64,000 nt of DNA, from contig DUUV01000002.1 in assembly GCA_012841375.1 (NCBI GenBank), forward strand, positions 17,828 to 81,827, given 5' to 3'. The DNA is from Candidatus Fermentithermobacillaceae bacterium (GTDB lineage Bacteria > Bacillota > Sulfobacillia > Fermentithermobacillales > Fermentithermobacillaceae). The position numbers and the translations under genes are program-made. The notes below the pieces were generated by a model. That model was not told where the DNA came from. It worked only from the letters and a program-made list of their open reading frames with translations, and searched no databases. Shown piece after piece: positions 28,784 to 37,959 of this stretch (within the stretch, counting starts at the first letter, position 1; every line of letters starts with the position of its first letter).

Positions 28784-29862
28784 ACCGCCTCCGTCTCAGG
28801 ATAGACGCGGGTGGTTTCTTCCCCGCGGAGCACCCGAAGGGCTCCGGCAGCCAGCGCCTCCATTTCGTCCTCTCCCGGGTAGACCAAATGCCTCCCGAGG
28901 AAACCCGTATACTCCCTGACCATTGCCACGAAATCCGCCGAATTCGCCAGTCCTCCGGTCAAGACCACGGCGTCGAGTTTTTCGGGGTAACTGGCAGCCA
29001 TGGCGCATATCTCCTGAGCTACGCCAAAAGCCAGGCCCTCCCACACGACTCTCGTGTGTCTGTCTTCTTTGGCCTTCTTCTCTACGGCCCGCGCGTCTTT
29101 GGTTCCCAGATAACCGAACATCCCCGACCTTGAGGTAAGGCGGTGCTTCAGTTCGCGACCACCGAGTCTCCTCCAGAGCTCCAGCAAGGCCAAAGCAGGA
29201 AGCGTCCCGGCCCTCTCAACCGTGAAAGGGCCCTCCTCGTTTGAGTTGTTTACATCTCTCATGGCCCCCCGGTAGAACGGGCATATTGAGAAGCCGCCTC
29301 CAAGGTGCGCTATAACCAGATAGAGGCCCGCGAGATCCCTCCCCAAGTCCCTTGACGCTCTCCTGGCGCAGGCGCGGATGTTCAGGGCGTGCAGCAGGCT
29401 CTTCCTCGGGATCGAGGGAAACCCCGATAGCCTCGCTTCAGGGCCTAACTCGTCCACCGAGACCGCGTCCACGATGAACGAAGGGATCCGGCCCTCCGAA
29501 GAAAGTTCCCATGCGATAAGGCCACCCAGATTGGCTGCGTGCCGCCCGCCTACGCCGTCTCGGAGATCGGCGACCATCGCCTCGTTGACGAGATAGGCGC
29601 CCGATCTCACCGGTCTCAACAGTCCTCCCCGCGCCACGATCCCAACGAGCGATCCGGGACCTATCCCATGCTCCTTAAGGAACTCTCTTACCATCCGGAC
29701 CCTGTGCGGGAGCTGGTCGATTACCTCCCTAGAAGTCGCCCAGGGCGCCCCGGAATGGTCAAGGGAAGCGCCCGCGACGACGGTCTCGCCGCGGTAGAGA
29801 GCAACCTTCGTTGACGTCGATCCCGGATTTACCACCAGCAACAGCTCACCGGTCAATGCCAA
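28780..29862 (-). CDS. buk: Butyrate / branched-chain fatty-acid kinase
   Basis: LLLVVNPGSTSTKVALY...IDAVVLTGGLANSADFVAMVREYTGFLGRHLVYPGEDEMEALAAG matches canonical Buk. Confidence 0.9.
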   Translation of the reverse strand: MALTGELLLVVNPGSTSTKVALYRGETVVAGASLDHSGAPWATSREVIDQLPHRVRMVREFLKEHGIGPGSLVGIVARGGLLRPVRSGAYLVNEAMVADLRDGVGGRHAANLGGLIAWELSSEGRIPSFIVDAVSVDELGPEARLSGFPSIPRKSLLHALNIRACARRASRDLGRDLAGLYLVIAHLGGGFSICPFYRGAMRDVNNSNEEGPFTVERAGTLPALALLELWRRLGGRELKHRLTSRSGMFGYLGTKDARAVEKKAKEDRHTRVVWEGLAFGVAQEICAMAASYPEKLDAVVLTGGLANSADFVAMVREYTGFLGRHLVYPGEDEMEALAAGALRVLRGEETTRVYPETEAV

Positions 29863-29874
29863 TTCCTTCTCCCT

Positions 29875-30948
29875 CTACGTCATGGTTGCTTTGAGTCTTA
29901 GTACTCCGGCGATCCGCTCTTCTACCATCCGGGTCGCCGCCAGTTCAGTGTTGATGCCTTCGCGCTTTGAAATAGTGAATATCGTCTTCAACAGTGAGGG
30001 AATCCGTTCCACCTTCAGCCTCGCCCGCTCTTTGTTGAACCCGAGAAGCTCATCGGCAACCTGAATGACCCCACCTGCGTTTACCACATAGTCAGGAGCG
30101 TACAGAATGCCCCGCCTGTAGAGCCTTTCGGCATCATCAGGCGTCGCCATCTGATTGTTCGCGCCGCCGCAGACGATCCCGCATTTGAGAAGCGGTATGG
30201 TCTTCTCGTTGAGGACTGCGCCCAGCGCGTTTGGGGAAAACACGTCGGCCTGGACCGACAGTATGTCTTCGGGATCTACGTAGGTGCCCCCGACCTCTTC
30301 GGCAACTCTGAGGGCTACATCTTTTCGCACGTCCGTCAGGACGACGGAAGCTCCCGCTTCACTCAGGTGACGGCAGACCTTTGAGCCAACCTTGCCGGTC
30401 CCCTGGACGGCCACCTTCACACCTTTGAGGTCGCTCTTACCGGTCGCTTCCAAGACACTGGCCCCTATCGCCAGGAAAACGCCGTATGCCGTGAGGACAG
30501 AGGTATCGCCGCTGCCGCCGTATTCGACAGGCAAGCCCACCACATACTTGGTCTCGGAACCGACATCAACGAAGTCCGCTGAGTATGTGCCCACATCGGT
30601 GCCGGTGATGAATCTTCCTTTCAGTCCCTCGATAAACCGACCGTACGCTCTGAGCAGGAGCTCGTCTTTGTCCTTCTCCGGATCTCCCCAGATAATCCCC
30701 TTCACTCCGCCGTGATGAAGGCCGCTGGCTCCTGATTTCAGCGTCATACCCTTAGAGAGCCTAAGGGCGTCAATCACGGCTTCCTCCTCTGACGCGTAAG
30801 GATACATTCGGGTACCGCCCAAAGGCGGTCCCAGCGTGGAATCATGGAACGCTACAATGGACTTGAGTTTTCCGCCTGCCTTGTCCCGGAAAAACATGAC
30901 CTGCTCGTGGCCTTCCGCGGCCATCTTCTTGAAGAGGTCCAAGCGCAT
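29875..30948 (-). CDS. ldh2: Leucine dehydrogenase, copy 2
   Basis: MRLDLFKKMAAEGHEQVMFFRDKAGGKLKSIVAFHDSTLGPPLGGTRMYPY... ATG at 30948. The longer ORF to 31113 has no support. Confidence 0.85.
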   Translation of the reverse strand: MRLDLFKKMAAEGHEQVMFFRDKAGGKLKSIVAFHDSTLGPPLGGTRMYPYASEEEAVIDALRLSKGMTLKSGASGLHHGGVKGIIWGDPEKDKDELLLRAYGRFIEGLKGRFITGTDVGTYSADFVDVGSETKYVVGLPVEYGGSGDTSVLTAYGVFLAIGASVLEATGKSDLKGVKVAVQGTGKVGSKVCRHLSEAGASVVLTDVRKDVALRVAEEVGGTYVDPEDILSVQADVFSPNALGAVLNEKTIPLLKCGIVCGGANNQMATPDDAERLYRRGILYAPDYVVNAGGVIQVADELLGFNKERARLKVERIPSLLKTIFTISKREGINTELAATRMVEERIAGVLRLKATMT

Positions 30949-31115
30949 CCCTCCACGAATTGTTCTCACCCGGATACAAGCAAGACTCATGCCGGATCTC
31001 CGGGGCGCGATGGTCGCGCTCCCGACACTCGTTGCCAGTCGCAAACATCCGCTCACCAGGGGAACGTCTCGGGTGCAAGCCTCCGGGAGAAGCGGCCTTC
31101 CCTCCGGGGTCATAT

Positions 31116-31145
31116 GCAGTGACTTTCACATATGCAAGTCACTGC
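31116..31145. promoter_or_regulatory. Perfect 10-bp inverted repeat (GCAGTGACTT-N10-AAGTCACTGC), candidate regulator-binding / upstream activating site
   Basis: Seen directly in the sequence, ~170 bp upstream of the ldh2 start and immediately downstream of the sigma54-activator gene. Confidence 0.45.
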
Positions 31146-31195
31146 ACGCAGGACCCGTCAAACCGGGGGCGGCCGCACGCCCCGAGTCCGAGAGA

Positions 31196-32965
31196 TCAAC
31201 ATCGGTCCTTTGCCTCGAGTTCCTTGATGCCGTACCGCTCAAGCTTGTTGTAGAGACTCCTTAGGCTGATGCCCAAGAGCCGCGCGGCCTTTGTCTTGTT
31301 GTTCCCGGTCTTCTGAAGTGCGCTCAGGATGGTCGCCCGCTCCGCGCTATCCACCGCCTCCCTGAGGCTTCCTGCGATCAGCGTAGGCGCCGGCCCAACC
31401 GGTCCCATATCTCCTTCGGCCGCTCTCCCCAGTCTCTCGCCTCCCATAGACATGGGCGGCAGGTGCTCCGGCAGGATGACCGTCTCCTGGAACTTCATGT
31501 TCATCATCGCCCTGCCGATGACGTTCTCCAGTTCCCTCACATTGCCCGGCCACCTGTAGGTCTTGAACACCTCCATCACCTGGGGGCTTACGCTTTCCAC
31601 GGAGCGCCCGTATTCCTGGTTGAGCTTCTTGAGAAGCCGTTCGCAGAGGAACGGGAGGTCGTCTGTACGCTGCCTGAGCGGCGGAATGAAGATGGGAATA
31701 ACGTTTAGACGATAGTATAGGTCCTCCCTGAACCGGCCCTCCGCCACCAACTGCTCCAACGAGACGTTGGTGGCGGCTATTACGCGAACGTTGACGGGGG
31801 TAGGCTTGGAGTCGCCCACTCTCATGATCTCCTTCTCCTGAAGGACTCTGAGGAGCTTTGCCTGCAGCGCAAGATTCGTGACCCCAACTTCATCCAAGAA
31901 CAGGGAGCCGCCTTCCGCTTCCTCGAACAAACCCTTCCTGCCGCCTCGCTTGGCGCCGGTAAAGGCGCCGTCGACGTATCCAAAGAGCTCGGACTCAAGC
32001 AGACTCTCGCTGAGCGCCGCGCAGTTCACCCTCACGAACGGCTTATTCCTCCTGGGCGAGGCGCTGTGGATGGCGTGAGCGAAGAGCTCTTTGCCTGTCC
32101 CGCTCTCTCCCCGTAGGAGGACCGTCGCCGTCGTGGACGCCACTCTCCTTGCCTGTTCCACCGCCTGTGAGACCAGAGGGTTGACCGACACCACTTCTTC
32201 AAACGTGTACTTGGCCTCAAGCTGTCTCACGATCTTCTTCATACGGTCGAGTTCCTCTGTGAGGCGTATGATCTCAGACACGTCACGGACAACTCCCACG
32301 CTGCCCTTAAGCTCGTCACCGACGAACACGGGGTCTACCGAGACCACGACCTGCCTGCGCATGGGTCCTACCCTCATGGGCACGTTCTTCACCGGCTGCC
32401 TGGTCCTCAAAACCTGCATATGCATGCTGGGGCCCTCGGCTATGTCGACCGTGGCCGGCTTCCCTATCACGTCCTTTTCGGTTAGCCCCGTGAGCCTGGT
32501 GTAGGCCTGGTTGATGAGGAGACCGTTTCCGTTTGCGTCGGCAACCGAGATCGCGTCTTGGGTGGCTCCAATGATGGCGGTCAGAAACGACTGGATCTCC
32601 CTTAGGTTCGTGATCTGTCCTGCCAAATTCTGGACCTCGGTTAGGTCCCGGAAGACGGCGACAGCCCCGACGACCTTTCCGCTCTCGTCTCGCACAGGCA
32701 CCCTGTTGGTGATGATCTCCGTCGTCCCTACCGACTGCCTTTGGTTCAGCTGGGCCTCGCCCGTATCCAAGACCTCATCGAGCTTCGTCGTGGCTATCAC
32801 GTCCCGGACGTGAGCGCCCATCACATCAGAGGCTTTCTTGCCGAGTATCTTCTCTGCCGAAGGGTTGAAGACAAAGACATGACCGGAGGCGTCAACCGCC
32901 ACTATTGCATCGTGAGTAGCGTTTAGGATGAGATCAAGCAGTCTGACTCGTGCAGAATCCTGCAC
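31196..32965 (-). CDS. bkdR: Sigma-54-dependent transcriptional activator with two PAS domains (BkdR/AcoR-like enhancer-binding protein)
   Basis: Central AAA+ sigma54-interaction domain (GESGTGKE...GAFTGA...). C-terminal Fis-type HTH ...KTKAARLLGISLRSLYNKL... Probable GTG start at 32965 (GGAGGTG RBS). The ORF drawn from 32995 uses TTG. Confidence 0.85.
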   Translation of the reverse strand: MQDSARVRLLDLILNATHDAIVAVDASGHVFVFNPSAEKILGKKASDVMGAHVRDVIATTKLDEVLDTGEAQLNQRQSVGTTEIITNRVPVRDESGKVVGAVAVFRDLTEVQNLAGQITNLREIQSFLTAIIGATQDAISVADANGNGLLINQAYTRLTGLTEKDVIGKPATVDIAEGPSMHMQVLRTRQPVKNVPMRVGPMRRQVVVSVDPVFVGDELKGSVGVVRDVSEIIRLTEELDRMKKIVRQLEAKYTFEEVVSVNPLVSQAVEQARRVASTTATVLLRGESGTGKELFAHAIHSASPRRNKPFVRVNCAALSESLLESELFGYVDGAFTGAKRGGRKGLFEEAEGGSLFLDEVGVTNLALQAKLLRVLQEKEIMRVGDSKPTPVNVRVIAATNVSLEQLVAEGRFREDLYYRLNVIPIFIPPLRQRTDDLPFLCERLLKKLNQEYGRSVESVSPQVMEVFKTYRWPGNVRELENVIGRAMMNMKFQETVILPEHLPPMSMGGERLGRAAEGDMGPVGPAPTLIAGSLREAVDSAERATILSALQKTGNNKTKAARLLGISLRSLYNKLERYGIKELEAKDRC

Positions 32966-33044
32966 AAAAAACACCTCCGCCTGTGAATTCAACAAGCGGA
33001 GGGTGTAGTCCTCTAACCTGCACTAACTTGCACAATTTACCGGA

Positions 33045-33809
33045 TCAGGCACCCAGTCTAAGCCTGTCGGCCACCATGGCGATGAACTCGGAGTTGGTCG
33101 GTTTGCCTTTCTCCTGGCTGATGGTGTGCCCGAAGACCCTCTGGATAAACTCCATGTTCCCCCGGTCCCAGGCAACCTCGATCGCGTGGCGTATGGCTCT
33201 CTCAACACGGCTGGGAGTGGTGGTGTATCGCTGAGCAATGGTGGGATAGAGTTCTTTGGTTATCTTTGACAGGAGATCGACCCGGTCTACCACCATAATG
33301 ATAGCGTCGCGGAGGTACAAATAGCCCTTTATATGGGCAGGGATTCCCAGTTCGTGCATCATGGTGGTTACACGGGAATCCTGGCTCTTGTCTCTCTCTC
33401 TGACCGACGGAGCAGGTCTTGGAGAGGCCCCCTCCTTCGACCACAGCTGTCGAAGCCTCTCCGCGAGGATGTTGAGATCAAAAGGCTTCAATATGTAGTA
33501 GTCGGCCCCCAGCTCCACGACCCTGTGAGTGATTGATTCCTGCCCAAACGCGGTAAGCATCACAATCTTGGGGCGCGTTGACGCATCCTCCTTGGCCAGT
33601 CGCTCGAGGACACCGATCCCGTCCAGATACGGCATGATGATGTCAAGGACCACGATGTCGGGCTTGAGCTCCTGAATGGACTCCAGCGCCTCCACGCCGT
33701 TATACGCCACGCCTGCGACCTCGATGTCATCCTGTTTTTCCAGAAACTCGCGAAGTAGACCCACGAATTCTTTGTTGTCGTCAACCACAAGGACCCGCAT
33801 TTTCCGCAT
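33045..33809 (-). CDS. spo0A: Sporulation master response regulator Spo0A
   Basis: [12 protein letters not shown]...DIIMPYLDG... receiver domain. C-terminal Spo0A-specific region ...[17 protein letters not shown]...[16 protein letters not shown]... GGGGGAG RBS. Confidence 0.9.
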   Translation of the reverse strand: MRKMRVLVVDDNKEFVGLLREFLEKQDDIEVAGVAYNGVEALESIQELKPDIVVLDIIMPYLDGIGVLERLAKEDASTRPKIVMLTAFGQESITHRVVELGADYYILKPFDLNILAERLRQLWSKEGASPRPAPSVRERDKSQDSRVTTMMHELGIPAHIKGYLYLRDAIIMVVDRVDLLSKITKELYPTIAQRYTTTPSRVERAIRHAIEVAWDRGNMEFIQRVFGHTISQEKGKPTNSEFIAMVADRLRLGA

Positions 33810-34055
33810 CCGGTGACTCCCCCTGATTTCGCGACGATAACACCAGCCGCGTGTACTTACAAACTATTCCAGGACAAATCTTACCATCTGGCTACATCGT
33901 TGACAATACAAGCCCGAGACTTAATGTCAAAAATTGGTTGCATCGGGCTGCCTGAGACCTAGATCCGAGTCGTTTGCCGGGGGAAGGCTAACGTTTACAG
34001 GCGATCCTCTCGAATATGGCACTGACGACCAGCGCAGAAAGGCTCGCCGGATGGG

Positions 34056-34310
34056 GTGTTTGGCATGGAAGTCGGCCCGAAGGACCTCACTGAGGCAACT
34101 CAGGCAATGGAAAGCTACAGGGAACGACTTGTAGGTTTGGTCGCGTCAGGGCGCTCAATGACAGACATGGATGTAGTGAGGTTGTCTCAAGAGGTCGACC
34201 GGTGTATCAACCTCATCTACCGGTTGTCGCACGCTTCCGCCGGGCCCGGCGCCAACTTGGCAAGAGCCGCCCCGGCCTCTGGCAACTCCACCGTGCCGCT
34301 CAGCATATAG
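34056..34310 (+). CDS. Spo0E-like sporulation regulatory phosphatase family protein (candidate)
   Basis: ...MESYRERLVGLVASGRSMTDMDVVRLSQEVDRCINLIYRL matches the Spo0E-family motif (…LSQeLDxlI…Y). Plus-strand ORF, convergent with spoIVB and overlapping its 3' end. ATG at 34065 as an alternative start. Confidence 0.45.
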   Translation: MFGMEVGPKDLTEATQAMESYRERLVGLVASGRSMTDMDVVRLSQEVDRCINLIYRLSHASAGPGANLARAAPASGNSTVPLSI

Positions 34311-35572
34311 GCGTTGCGCGCCATCCACTCCGCGAAGGTACCGTATCCCCTGGCAGGGTCATTGACCAATACATGGGTAATGGCTCCCACCAGATATCCG
34401 TCTTGTATTATGGGACTCCCGCTCATCCCTTGAACGATTCCGCCGGTGAGAGACAGAAGCCTCGGGTCGGTAACCCTCACGACAAAGCCTTTGGATAAGC
34501 TCTGGGACCCCGTGAAGATCTGCTCGATCTCTACTGAAAATCTCTCTATGGACGTGCCTTCAATGGTAGTCAGGACCTCGGCCGGCCCCCTTCGTAGTCG
34601 CCCCTGAAGGCCCAGGGGAATCGGTTCGGGGTAGTGACCGTTATCGAGTGGCTCGGACAGAACGCCTGAAATGCCGCACTCGCCGTTCTGCAGGATCGTC
34701 CCGATGACGTCGTGCCCTTCCAGGAAGGTACCCAAGACTTCGCCGGGGAGGCCTTTTCTCGAAGGGTTGACCCCCGTGACCGTGGCTCGCACTATGTGAC
34801 CCTCGTTCATGGATACGGGCCGTCTCGAGTCTCCCTCTGAGATCATGTGACCGAGGGCCGTGTAGAGACCCGTGTCCGCGTCGTAGAAGGTAAGCGTCCC
34901 CACTCCCGCCAGAGCGTCTTTGACAAGGAGTCCTATCTGGAAGCCCCCGTTTCGGTGCCTCACAGGCATGAGCGTCCTGCGAACGGCCGAGCCGTCGGCT
35001 TTTTCCACAAGGATGTCCACCCAGCGGCCCTCTCTCCCCGCCCGGTCTATGATGAGCGCGAACTCTTCCTTAGTGCCGATCTTCTGGTCTCCCACCGAGA
35101 TGATCACGTCGCCGGCTTCCAAATCGGCGTTGCGAGCCGGCCACACGTGTCTCCCGTCTACCGTCTCTACCGGCGCGAGCCCCGTGATCAAGAGACCACT
35201 GCTTCGAAGGACCACACCTATCGAATGCCCGCCCGGAACCACCATGACGGGTTCCTGGACACTCAGGGACACCCGCCTAATAGGGATAAGGCCGAAAAGG
35301 CGAAACTCTACGGCGGTGTGACCTGTCTCCTTGGTGTCGAGAGAGAGACGCGTGGAGGTTCCGCTCCAGGGCAGCAAGTTGGAGATCGGTGCATCGGAAG
35401 GGCTCACCGAGACCACGGGAGAGCCGGTGTCTATGACAAAATCCTGCCCCTTCAATAGGGTCATCTCAGACGGGAACGAAAAGGCCAGCCGGAAGGAGCC
35501 TGACATGCAGACGGCCACGACAAGCAAGCTCAAGAAGACTCCCAGCATCATTCGGGTTCTTTGTGTGATCAC
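34217..35572 (-). CDS. spoIVB: Stage IV sporulation protein B (S55 signalling peptidase with PDZ)
   Basis: N-terminal TM region plus PDZ and S55 domains (…GIVQGMSGSPIIQDGYLVGAITHV…). Immediately upstream of spo0A, as in B. subtilis. Confidence 0.85.
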   Translation of the reverse strand: MITQRTRMMLGVFLSLLVVAVCMSGSFRLAFSFPSEMTLLKGQDFVIDTGSPVVSVSPSDAPISNLLPWSGTSTRLSLDTKETGHTAVEFRLFGLIPIRRVSLSVQEPVMVVPGGHSIGVVLRSSGLLITGLAPVETVDGRHVWPARNADLEAGDVIISVGDQKIGTKEEFALIIDRAGREGRWVDILVEKADGSAVRRTLMPVRHRNGGFQIGLLVKDALAGVGTLTFYDADTGLYTALGHMISEGDSRRPVSMNEGHIVRATVTGVNPSRKGLPGEVLGTFLEGHDVIGTILQNGECGISGVLSEPLDNGHYPEPIPLGLQGRLRRGPAEVLTTIEGTSIERFSVEIEQIFTGSQSLSKGFVVRVTDPRLLSLTGGIVQGMSGSPIIQDGYLVGAITHVLVNDPARGYGTFAEWMARNAYMLSGTVELPEAGAALAKLAPGPAEACDNR

Positions 35573-35708
35573 CGGGAGTCATCTCTCCTTTGCTCGAAGC
35601 TGACAAGTATTAAGGTTCGCCGGGCAAAGGGGATTTATTAGCGTGGTAGAAGAAGGCTTAAGTTTCGAGCCACCGGGGGCTGCAACACCGGGCCGGGCAG
35701 GAGAGAGG

Positions 35709-37475
35709 TCAGCCGCGCGGCTGTATAGCCCGACTTTTCAGTAGCTCTCTGGCGTGTTCCAGGGAGACCGGATCTTCGGTACCACTCAGCATCCGGGCGA
35801 CCTCGTGCACCCGCTCTTCTCCCGATAGAAGCCGGACGGTGGCGTGGGTCCGACCTCCTTCCTCGACTTTGGATACCAGGTAATGACTGTCAGCGGCGGC
35901 GGCGATGGAAGCCAGGTGAGTCACGCAAAGCACTTGGTGAGAGCGGCCCAGTTTCCAGAGGCTTTCGGCCACGGCTTGTCCGGCTTTGCCGCCAATACCT
36001 GCGTCGATTTCGTCGAAAATGAGGGTTGGAACCGGATCCGTGCTCTCCAGGAAAGACTTGATAGCCAGCATGAGCCTGGAAAGCTCCCCGCCTGAAGCCA
36101 CTTTGTGGACCGGCATGGGCGCCTCGCCCGTGTTGGCGGTGAATAGGAAACTGACCCGGTCGTAGCCCCACGGGAGAGGGTCGTCGCCCGATTCGACCAG
36201 GGCCGAGAAACATGCCCCCGGCATCCCCAACTCCCTGAGCGACGAAGTGACGCTCCCCGACATCCGTAGCGCCGTGTCCCGCCTGAGAGCCGACATCGAC
36301 TCGCCCACTTCCCGCATCCGTGACTCAAGAGCTGCCAGCTTGTCCTTCATCTTAGAAAGGGTTTCGTCCGCGCTGAGGAGCTCATTCAGACGGGCTTCCG
36401 CCTTCTTGGCGTAATCGAGCACCGATTCCACCGAATCACCGTACTTGGACTTGAGCCTCTGGATAAGGTCCAGCCGGTCCGAGACCAACTTGAGGCGGCC
36501 CGGGTCGAGAGACAAGCCTCTCCGGTACTGGCGGAGGGCGTCCAGCCCTGCCTCCAGAGCGAAGGCCGCTTGTTGGAGGGTATCCAAAGGTCCCGCCGCC
36601 CTTTCGTCTATTGAGGAGGCTCTTTTCAGGCACTCCACGGCCTCGTCGAGGAGCTCAAATGCCGCCCCCCGGGGACCCCGGCTGTCGTATAGGGCAGAAT
36701 AGCACCGCTCGGCCAGCTCCACGAGCCTTTCCTGGGAAGACAACACTGCGAACTCGCGGCGAAGTTCTTCTTCCTCGCCGGGGCGAATCTTGGCGTCGCC
36801 TATCTCCCGAACTTGATAGGACAAGAGGTCTATCTCCCTCTGTCTTTCCCTGTCGCCCCTTCCCAAGTCCGCCATCCTGGAGAGGACTTCTTGGCGCTCC
36901 CGGTACATGAGTTGAAAATCCCGCCTACAGGGCTCAATCGAGCTCCTGCTCAGACCGTCAAGTATCCCTAGATAGTTCTGTGGCCTGAGGAGCGAGTGGT
37001 GTTCTTGCTGCCCGTGGATGTCGACAAGGCGTCCGCCCAACTCCTGCGCCAACGAAGAAGTGGCCAGGCGGCCGTTCAGTCTGAGGTATGACCTGTCGGG
37101 TAGGATGTCTTTCTGGAGGATGATCTCCCGGGAGCCCTCAAGGAACGAAGCCAGCGGGTCTTCCCCTTCTCCGGGACTCTCAGATATCCGGGAGTCGTCA
37201 GGATTCTCAGAGCACCCGGGACCTCCCGAGTCTCCGGGACCATCCCGGTCTCCCTGCCGGTCGGGTATGGAAGCGACAAGCTCTATGACTGCCCGTTCCT
37301 CGCCGGCCCTCAATAGGTCCCTGGGAGTCCGCTGCCCGAGGCACGCCATTACCGCGTCGACAAGCATCGATTTTCCCGCTCCGGTCTCTCCCGTGAACAC
37401 AGTCAGTCCGGGGGCGAGCTCCAACTCCACGTCCTTGAATATTCCAAAGTTGCGGATCCTGAGATATGACAGCAT
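35709..37475 (-). CDS. recN: DNA repair protein RecN, with a low-complexity acidic/Gly-Pro insertion in the N-terminal region
   Basis: MLSYLRIRNFGIFKDVELELAPGLTVFTGETGAGKSML... (Walker A). C-terminal signature ...LSGGE.. / ...LIFDEIDAGIGG... Confidence 0.9.
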   Translation of the reverse strand: MLSYLRIRNFGIFKDVELELAPGLTVFTGETGAGKSMLVDAVMACLGQRTPRDLLRAGEERAVIELVASIPDRQGDRDGPGDSGGPGCSENPDDSRISESPGEGEDPLASFLEGSREIILQKDILPDRSYLRLNGRLATSSLAQELGGRLVDIHGQQEHHSLLRPQNYLGILDGLSRSSIEPCRRDFQLMYRERQEVLSRMADLGRGDRERQREIDLLSYQVREIGDAKIRPGEEEELRREFAVLSSQERLVELAERCYSALYDSRGPRGAAFELLDEAVECLKRASSIDERAAGPLDTLQQAAFALEAGLDALRQYRRGLSLDPGRLKLVSDRLDLIQRLKSKYGDSVESVLDYAKKAEARLNELLSADETLSKMKDKLAALESRMREVGESMSALRRDTALRMSGSVTSSLRELGMPGACFSALVESGDDPLPWGYDRVSFLFTANTGEAPMPVHKVASGGELSRLMLAIKSFLESTDPVPTLIFDEIDAGIGGKAGQAVAESLWKLGRSHQVLCVTHLASIAAAADSHYLVSKVEEGGRTHATVRLLSGEERVHEVARMLSGTEDPVSLEHARELLKSRAIQPRG

Positions 37476-37481
37476 GTCCCA

Positions 37482-37937
37482 TCACAGCCCGGCGATTTTT
37501 CTTAAGGAGTCAAGAACCTCCTGGGAAGAGGTCTCCTGACGTACGACCACCAAGACTGCGTCATCTCCCGCGACACATCCCAAGATGCCCGGGAGGTTTA
37601 GGGCATCAATGGCCTGTCCAACAGCGGCAGCCGTGGCTTCGATGGTCTTCACCAAAATGATGTTGCCCGACCGGTCCATATCAAGACAACAGTCCGAGAA
37701 CAACCGCCTGAACCTCTCCCGGTACACGGACGAAGGGTCTCCCGGCATAAGAGCATACTTGTACCGGCCGTCTCCCGATGGAACCCTCACAAGGTTGAGT
37801 TCTTTAATGTCCCGCGATATGGTTGCCTGGGTGACACGGATGCCTTCTCGGGCAAGCGCCTCGCACAGGACTTCCTGGCTTGTTATCACATTCTGTGACA
37901 CAAGTTCGATAATCCTCATCTGCCTCTTGGCCTTCAA
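37482..37937 (-). CDS. argR: Arginine repressor
   Basis: ...RQMRIIELVSQNVITSQEVLCEALAREGIRVTQATISRDIKELNLVRV... matches ArgR/AhrC. Confidence 0.85.
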   Translation of the reverse strand: MKAKRQMRIIELVSQNVITSQEVLCEALAREGIRVTQATISRDIKELNLVRVPSGDGRYKYALMPGDPSSVYRERFRRLFSDCCLDMDRSGNIILVKTIEATAAAVGQAIDALNLPGILGCVAGDDAVLVVVRQETSSQEVLDSLRKIAGL

Positions 37938-37959
37938 TGGAAACCCCTCCCGGCTTGGT

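Noticed and set aside
30949-31115. Canonical sigma54 -24/-12 promoter (TGGCAC-N5-TTGCW) upstream of ldh2
   Set aside because: I scanned the minus strand by eye. The only TTGC occurrences lack a correctly spaced GG. I therefore do not annotate a sigma54 promoter, although the upstream gene strongly predicts one. A PWM scan is needed.
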